Below, piece by piece: positions 56,727-64,000 of a stretch of 64,000 nucleotides of DNA. The stretch lies in NCBI GenBank assembly GCA_951406725.2, contig OX597815.1, forward strand, positions 97,712,001-97,776,000, given 5' to 3'. The notes beneath the pieces were generated by a model, which was not told the DNA's origin, searched no databases, and saw only the letters and a list, made by a program, of their open reading frames with translations. The first letter of the stretch is position 1, and every line of letters starts with the position of its first letter. The stretch is from Octopus vulgaris. Its lineage: Eukaryota. The translations under genes and the position numbers were made by a program.

Positions 56727-57727
56727 GTTGGACAGAATAACGGACACACCTTAAAATTTCAAACAAATTTATTTCAATATGGGGTAGGACCGCCTTTGGC
56801 ATAGATTACAGCTTGAATTCTACGAGGTATGGACTTGTACAACGTTTGAATTGTTTCCAAAGGAATTTTTGTCCATTCTTCAGCTAAAACGGTCTCTAGT
56901 TCTTGTAGTGATGATGGTGGAGGATATCGACTCCTTTCTAAAATACACCATAAATATTCAAGAATATTGATTTCTGGGGACTGTGGTGGCCAGATAAGAT
57001 GTTCAACTACACTACAATCTTCCTCGTGCCATTCAGTAACAACTTTAGCTTTGTGAATTGCGGCATTATCGGAAATAATGTAAAGGATGACTCGTCCGAG
57101 AAACTTACATCCTTCCATTGCTATAGGGACCAATTCTGTAAGTTTTTCTCCACTCTAAACGCTTTGCAACGTTTGTTTTTGAAAGTAGTGGTTTTCTTAT
57201 TGCCGCTCTCCGTGAAATCCGGCTTTGTGCAGCTCCCGGCGAACAGTTTTTGTAGAAACTGGGTTCTCAAGGTGGTCATTAGGCTCTGCAGTCATTTTGG
57301 GAGCTGTACTTTTGTGATCCTTTCTAAAAATTTGCGTAAGTGTTCAACGGTGCCTATCTGAGTTTTGGCTTCTTCCGTAGTTTTGTTTCGACGATGAGGT
57401 TTTTCCCTCTTTCTCAAAGGATGTAATTACTTTCGAGACAGTACTTCTTGATACACCAAACATTTCGACTGTTTTCGATACGCTAGCGCCTGCCGTACGA
57501 GCACCAACAACTTGACCTCTTTGAAAGTCCGATAGCTCTGTCATTTTAATGAATTTTAATTACCTTTTTCTGATGATATCTGAAAAGAAATAATAATTTT
57601 GGCAAAACGTATTCAGCAACACTAATAATAAATCAAAAAACATAAAAATAAACAAGCTTCTGACGGGTTTATAGATATTTAAAAGTTACGATGTTAGGTG
57701 TTTCCATTAATTTGTCCAACCCTTGTA
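56727..57727 (-). mobile_element. Internally deleted Tc1-like element with DD36E spacing (Incomer-like)
   Basis: Transposase starts MTELSDFQRGQVVGARTAGASVSKT (57544). The first-D motif FSDESSFTLFP is fused directly to DNAAIH...WPPQSPEINILE (36 residues between D and E), ending AKGGPTPY* (56774). TIRs GTTGGACA..ATAA.GGA.ACACCT at 56727 and ~57695-57725, with TA at 57726. Confidence 0.9.
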
Positions 57728-58663
57728 TAAATACATAATTGTACTGTCTGGTGTAAATTGAATTTGCATTACAAATAACCAGTATTTAGAACTACATAAG
57801 CATTTTAAAACCTGAAAGGGGAAAACCGCAAAGAGGCTGAGGTTGCGTTGATCAGCCTCCAAACTTATATAGATTATAGATCATATATAAAACAACACAG
57901 AACAAGAGTTTATTCATGTATTATTCAGTTACATCTTACACACATTTCCTTAACAATGCAAAAGAAGTTTATCATGTAAAGGAAAACTTGTAAGCAGATA
58001 ATATTCTCAAATCATCAGATGTTGCATAACTCTCATTAGTAATCTGACGTTTATACCGTAGCACTGGATTATAGTGTAAATCCTAAAATTTTACTAAAAT
58101 GACTTACACGATCTATATGATCTATTTGGAAGATTTTTCGAATGTAACGAATTTTTTTTCATTGCCAATAAAACGTGTAAGATGACGTGACTAAATAATC
58201 TCCTGTTTTTGTTTTGACTTTATTATAAATGTGTGCACATTAATTTGATGAATACTTGAATAATAAAGCCAAAGGCATAAAATTTCATGCGTAGCACTTT
58301 GTAAACTAAGTTAGAAATCATGAATTTACTCATAATATAGCGATGTATTATAATTTTTTTAGGGAATTTTCGATCAAAACTTATTAGAAAGTAGCGTGGT
58401 AATCGTTGTACTTCAAAATCTGGAGAAGAAAATAGAAAAATAGAAAAGACATTGAACTGAAAGATTATAAGCTGACATATAAGAATACAAATAAACTTAG
58501 ACATACACATAAAGAATATATATATATATATATGCGTTGAACAGACAAATTTAGATGTACACTGTACGCATGCAAATTCATGCACATCAGCTCAAGCATA
58601 TATGTGAGCGTGCATACTTATGAGCACATATATATACGTATAAATAAGTATATATATATATGT

Positions 58664-58705
<42 letters not shown>

Positions 58706-58799
58706 ACGTGAATGAGTGGACATATACTAAAGTGGCACTTCATACATTTAGTATAATTTAAATGTATTATTTAATAGTAGTTTGACTCAGTTCTATGCA

Positions 58800-59620
58800 A
58801 GGTAAAAGTTTCGTAGGCTCGTAGAACGAACCTAACTCATCGGATGTCTTGAGTAACTGGATATGATAGAAATTCAAGAAGGCTTCAAGATGTTTAGCTT
58901 CTATTTGTCAACACAGATCAAGTGGTAATTTTGGTGTGGAAGCAGCATGATAAATTTCTTTGTTCTTAGGTCCACGTTGATGGACAGGATTTAGGTAGGT
59001 AGTTGTCGCCGCTATATGTGCAAGCTGCAGTATGATTTATTTAGCGACATCAGTTCGTTGCTTTTCCTGTATCATGACCAGAGGGGGGATGTTTCGTGGC
59101 AGTAACATCATAGCCTTTCCGTGGGAGCGGAACAGCCTTTCTGACAACAGCCTTTCCGACAACAGCCTTTCCGACAATAGCCTTTCCGTGGTAGCAACCA
59201 GATAAAGCTTTAATGATACTAAGTTGGAATGTCAGCATGGATGGGGTGGCTGTAATCCATAGCGTTGGCAGGGGTTGAGTACCATGCCCTTGAGTATGAA
59301 ACAACCATTTCTAAGATTGTATATGTAGGTAGTCGGCTATCAGTGGTTTGAAGCTTGAAGCTCAGAATGTGCCTCTTGTGGCTAGAGTGATTTAATTTCT
59401 TTTTGCTGTTGATGTATGCTGCAGATTGGCAGAGGAATAGATCACTTGCAAAGGCAGCGTAGGCGAGCGCGAGCTGCATGTTGATAAGGGGAGGGCTCGG
59501 TTAGTGATATTTATTTCTATGCTTGTCACAGAATCTCCAGATAAAACTGAAAACTGGGTAGAACTTTCATTATCCTCGCACCTGAAGGACTGCACATACT
59601 GCATGTGCTGTATATAACTT
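58800..59620 (-). mobile_element. Penelope-like retroelement 3' remnant: GIY-YIG endonuclease C-terminus, 3' region and partial hammerhead
   Basis: Joining frames manually gives VQSFRCEDNESSTQFSVFIW...NRALPYQHAARARLRCLCK...YINSKKKLNHSSHKR, following the Penelope pattern SFR..ST.LS.YIW...A.PY...C.LC...LN...CRH. Downstream on the - strand (58808-58843): CCGATGA, a 10-bp stem, then GAAAC. 15-bp repeats AACAGCCTTTCCGAC at 59131-59190. Confidence 0.7.
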
Positions 59621-60081
59621 CCCTGTCATGCTCGTACGGTGTTTTGTAATGCCATCAGATGGACTGAGACCACAGACCTCTGCAGACCACAGCCCTTGAG
59701 ATCCAGAAGTCTCCTAGTAGGTGGTTTGTGGAATTTCGGCAGTATACCACTTAACTGGAAAACTGTCAATATTCATTACAGGAAGGGCATCCGTCCGTAG
59801 AATATCTTTCTAAAGTAATACCATGAGATCCATCCAAGCGCGGAAAATTGAACGTTAACGAGTGTGGTGCACACGCGCGCGCACACACGCATATACACAC
59901 ACACACATATAGAGGTTAGTTGAATTAGAGGTTAAAATAATTGTCTAGGGGATAGAAGTATCCATTATACTACCGGTATATCACCTATATTTAACCATGG
60001 CCATACATATGCAAACTTATAAGGCTCATAAATTATAGGTAAAGACAAGGATAAATCTGGGCTTATAAAGAATCAAAATTT

Positions 60082-60747
60082 AAAGAAAACAGAAAATGGA
60101 AAAGTACTGATGAACAACAATTGATTTACATCAATTATTTATCAATTCAATGCAAGTAGATTGCATCCAATCTAACAGCTCTTTCTGATCTGAAACGAGG
60201 AACTTCATCAGAGTGAAGAATAACTAAAGAGCATACAGAAGGAAAAGGGGTAAGTTGAATATGGTTGTAATTATACCATTTTGCTTGTGTGTCTCTTTGG
60301 GACGTTAAATAAAAGACTAAACCAAAACAGCAATTGGTAAATGAATCCTTTGTACAGGCGGAGATAGGATGGATAAATAATAAGAAAATGAAAAAACAAA
60401 AATATAATAGTGGAATACAGCAATAGGTTTTAGTCAAAGGGGTGTAGAAACAGTAAGGTTTTACATTAAACATAATAACTTATAATAGTTATAATATTCA
60501 ACTTTTCCCTCTTTCTTCTCTATGATCTTTAGTTATTCTTCACTCTGCTGAAGCTCCTTGTTTCAGATCGGTTTCATTAATAAATATGGTAAATCTGTTT
60601 GCATATTTTTGCATATCAATGGCATTACCATACAATATTGGACGCAGAAACAGCAGTTAGATGGGAGGCAGTATATTTGCATTGGATTCATAAATAATAA
60701 TTGATGTAAGTCAATTGCTGTTCATCAGTACCCCAATTTCTGTTTTC

Positions 60748-60750
<3 letters not shown>
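60082..60750. repeat. Inverted pair of Penelope pseudo-LTR-like arms around a ~220-bp spacer, each with a hammerhead-like motif
   Basis: 60082-60262 is the reverse complement of 60494-60750 apart from a ~75-nt insertion in the right arm. The - strand at 60168-60215 reads cact-CTGATGA-...-GAAAG-agct-GTT-aga; the + strand has CTGCTGA...GAAAC-agca-GTT-aga. Confidence 0.82.
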
Positions 60751-60824
<74 letters not shown>

Positions 60825-60926
60825 TTGGGGTGAGTACTTGATAATTATAAGCACCTGTGTATACCGTTTGGTGGTGTAGGTGGTGGAGTAAATTGATCAA
60901 AATAAAAACATGATGCCAAGGATTCA

Positions 60927-61004
60927 GCGGTACATATGTTTCGGGCCTTTATTAGACAGATTTATAACAATGCATAATGTATGTCTGTGGCCTTCTTCAG
61001 CCGC
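60927..61004 (-). ncRNA. Type I hammerhead ribozyme motif with intact catalytic core
   Basis: The - strand reads gcgg-CUGAAGA-a-ggcc-[acaga...ucugu]-ggcc-c-GAAAC-auau-GUA^-ccgc. Stem I is GCGG/CCGC, stem II is GGCC/GGCC with an extended inner hairpin, stem III is the palindrome ACAUAUGU, and the cleavage triplet is GUA. Confidence 0.75.
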
Positions 61005-61154
61005 GCACAACAGCTTCCACAAGGACATGTGTTACATCAAAAATTCTTGGTTGGGGATGCAAATCCTCTCATTCGCGTACGACATAATGCGGCAACAGCA
61101 TAGAATTGAAGCGTCCATCTCTTTCTTCTCTCAATGTAGAATCTACATATGTAA

Positions 61155-62475
61155 CAATTTTTCAAAAATCTTTGTGAAAAATTTTCAAAAGATTTTATTT
61201 TAATTTTTGGGGCAAATTTTCAAAGAATTTTTCAAAAATTTTAGGGGAAAAATTTCAAAAGATTTTTCAAAAATTTACGATGAAAATTTTCAAAAAATTT
61301 TTTTTTAATTTTGAGGGGGAAATTTTCAAAAAATTTTCAAAACTTCTTGAAAAATTTTCGGAGAAAATTTTCAAAAGATTCTTAAAAATTTTTTGGTGAA
61401 ATTTTCAAAAAATTCTTTAAAAACTTTGGGGGAAAATTTTCCAAAAATTTTCCAAAATTTTCACAAAATATTTAAGGAAAATTTTCAAAAAATTAAAAAA
61501 ATATCTTGGCGGAAAATTTTCAAAAAATTTTTGAAAAATCTTTTAGGAAAATTTTCAAAAAATTTTTGAAAAATCTTTTAGGAAAATTTTCAAAAATTTT
61601 TGAAAAGTTTTGGGGGGAGATTTTCAAAAAATTTTCAAGAATTCTTGAAATATTTTTCGAGAATATTTTCAAAACAATTTTCAAAAATATTTGTGGAAAA
61701 TTTTCAAAAAATTTCGGAGAAAATTTTTTAAAATTTTTGAAAAATTTTCGGTTAAAATTTTCAAAAAATTTCGGAGAAAATTTTTAAAAATTTTTGAAAA
61801 ATTTTCGGTTAAAATTTTCAAAAAATTTCTTTTAAGTGTTTGGGGTAATTTTCAAAAGCTTTAGGGTAAAATTTTCAAAAATTTTCACAAAATTTTGGGG
61901 GAAAATTTTCAAATAATTTTTGAAAAATTTTGGGGGAAATATTTTGAAAAATTTTCAAAAATTCTTGAAATATTTTTGGGGAAATTTTTCAAAACAATTT
62001 TCAAAAATATTTGGGCAAAATTTTAAAAGATTTTTTTTTTAAATTTTTGGGGCAAATTTTAAAAACAATTTTCAGAAATATTTGAGGAAAATTTTCAAAA
62101 TATTTGGGGAAAATTTTCAAAAATTCTTGTAAAAGTTTTGGGGAAAGTTTTCAAAAAAATTTTGAAAAGTATTTGATGGAAATTTTCAAAAATTTTGGGG
62201 GAAAATTTAGAAAAAATTTTTTATAAGTTTTTGGTGAAAATTTTCAAAAGATTTTCAAAACTTATTGAAAAATTTTCGGGGAAAATTTTGAATTAATTTT
62301 TTTAAAGTTTGGCGAAAATTTTCAAAAAATTTTTCAAAAATATTTGGGGAAAATTTTCAAAGAATTTTTCTAAAATTTTTGGGGAAAATTTTGGAAAAAT
62401 TTTCGAAAGATTCTTCAAAAAGTTTTGGGGAAAATTTTCAAAAAAATTTTCAAAAATATTTGAGGAAATATTTGT
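61155..62475. repeat. ~1.3-kb degenerate satellite of ~12-bp A4-6T4-6 units with a ~36-bp higher-order period
   Basis: GGAAAATTTTCAAAAAATTTTTGAAAAATCTTTTA is repeated exactly in tandem at ~61511-61581, and a ~58-bp block is duplicated at ~61707-61830. Confidence 0.92.
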
Positions 62476-62840
62476 ATAGAAGTGTACGGCTGCAGCGAAA
62501 TTCATTTTTGGACTTTCTTCTATCGAAGGCATTTTAGGGAAAATGCTTCCGTAAAGACCGTGAAAATATTGTCAATTTCCCCAAACAGGGACACAATTCA
62601 ATTTTTAAACAATAACCGAAGCCTCTTCTCCGAAAGGGGGAGGGTTACGGTTTATAATAATTTAACAAATGCCACACAACAACGCTCCCCTGACAAGGAA
62701 CCAACAAACGTGATTACAATAGTCAAATAGTAATAATAATAACAACAAACCTTTTTAATTTATCCCCATTTATGTGAAACCACTTGCTCAAGTTCAAGTC
62801 ATTGATGCAATTTTATACGAATTGCTAATACACACGCGCG

Positions 62841-62871
<31 letters not shown>

Positions 62872-62899
62872 ATAATAAGGGTGAAAAGTAGAATATTAA

Positions 62900-63276
62900 T
62901 GTGATTAATATGAATTGAAAACCAGTGGTGTAGCATATAAGACCATATCGGATCTTCTTCTAGCAAAATGGATGACCATTGCTAATGGTTCATCCCTGTT
63001 ATATAATACTTTAAATTTAATAGTGAAAGTGTCTGCATTACAAAAGAGAGATGTTTTTGTTTCACTTTTAACACGTAATACTGAAATAGTGGAGAAGATA
63101 TGATATTGATGTGGGGTCGCCCTAGGGAAAAAGTTAAGATTTCTTTGCCGATGACACTCCTCGGACCTTAAGTAAGGCATGTGTAAAATTTGAATGAAAT
63201 TGGTTGTGTAGTTCTCAAGTTTTAGGGAAACAGACAGACAGACAGACACACATTCTCAGTTTTATATATAGAGAGA
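62900..63276 (-). mobile_element. Helitron-like 5' terminus, no 3' end found
   Basis: The - strand begins A|TCTCTCTATATATAAAACTGAGAATGTGTGTCTGTCTG, the same TC/TATATAAAA/(TCTG)n pattern as the internal end at ~55358. Confidence 0.55.
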
Positions 63277-63349
63277 TATCTGTTAAAATGAGAAGTCAGT
63301 GTTGTTGTCCTTTTTGCATAACTTAGACGACAGTTTATTCACCGCACCC

Positions 63350-63385
<36 letters not shown>

Positions 63386-63531
63386 AGTGTGTGTGTGAAT
63401 TCTGTGCATTTATTCCTTATATTTTTTAAAATTTTGAATTCAAATGTATAATTCTACCAAGTATTATAAATAAATAATTATCTCCCATGAGTATTTATCC
63501 ACCAGGCGACATAAAGCAGAGATTATATGAG

Positions 63532-63672
<141 letters not shown>

Positions 63673-64000
63673 ATGTGTGTCAATGTTTGTTTTGCAGTTC
63701 ATTTATAATAAAACAAGTTAACTTTAACCTAGTAGGTTACTCTCTACTATTGTAGAGTACAAATTTATAATTCTTAAACAAGAAAAAAATTATTGACAGT
63801 AACTTTGAAGTTTCTGCCAGTTAAGCCATCGTCACACTGTGATACATTGAAGTTAATCGTGGTTTTATACAGTCAATGTTAAGTTAAAATTTTCTTTGGG
63901 TGTAGGGGTTTGAGAGGAGTGACATTTAGGTTCTAGAGTGGTTTGCTATGGAGAGGTGTTTTAGGAGAAATTATTAATTTAATTTTGTGTTATGTTATTA

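Noticed and set aside
61506-62532. F/K/N-rich ORFs on both strands
   Set aside because: Translations of the A-tract satellite.

Overview
Eukaryotic, AT-rich, microsatellite-dense genomic DNA. The repeat landscape resembles a coleoid cephalopod such as Octopus; this is an inference, not a database result. The only host gene is the 3' end of a + strand kainate-type ionotropic glutamate receptor: an S2/M4 exon at 12303-12568 and a terminal exon at 18736-18909, followed by about 11.5 kb almost free of transposons that may be a very long 3' UTR. The rest is decayed mobile DNA: three Tc1/mariner families (DD37D, DD34D, DD36E), two CR1-group LINE remnants, a composite Helitron with a Pif1 fragment and an internal ~165-bp tandem array, a Penelope GIY-YIG remnant, many tRNA-derived SINEs and a 1.3-kb A-tract satellite. 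The main signal invisible to the ORF track is about a dozen hammerhead-ribozyme-like motifs of the Penelope pseudo-LTR type. One (60927-61004, - strand) has an intact core, and six sit as outward-facing pairs in three short non-coding inverted-repeat units. All analysis was by eye; no searches or folding programs were run.
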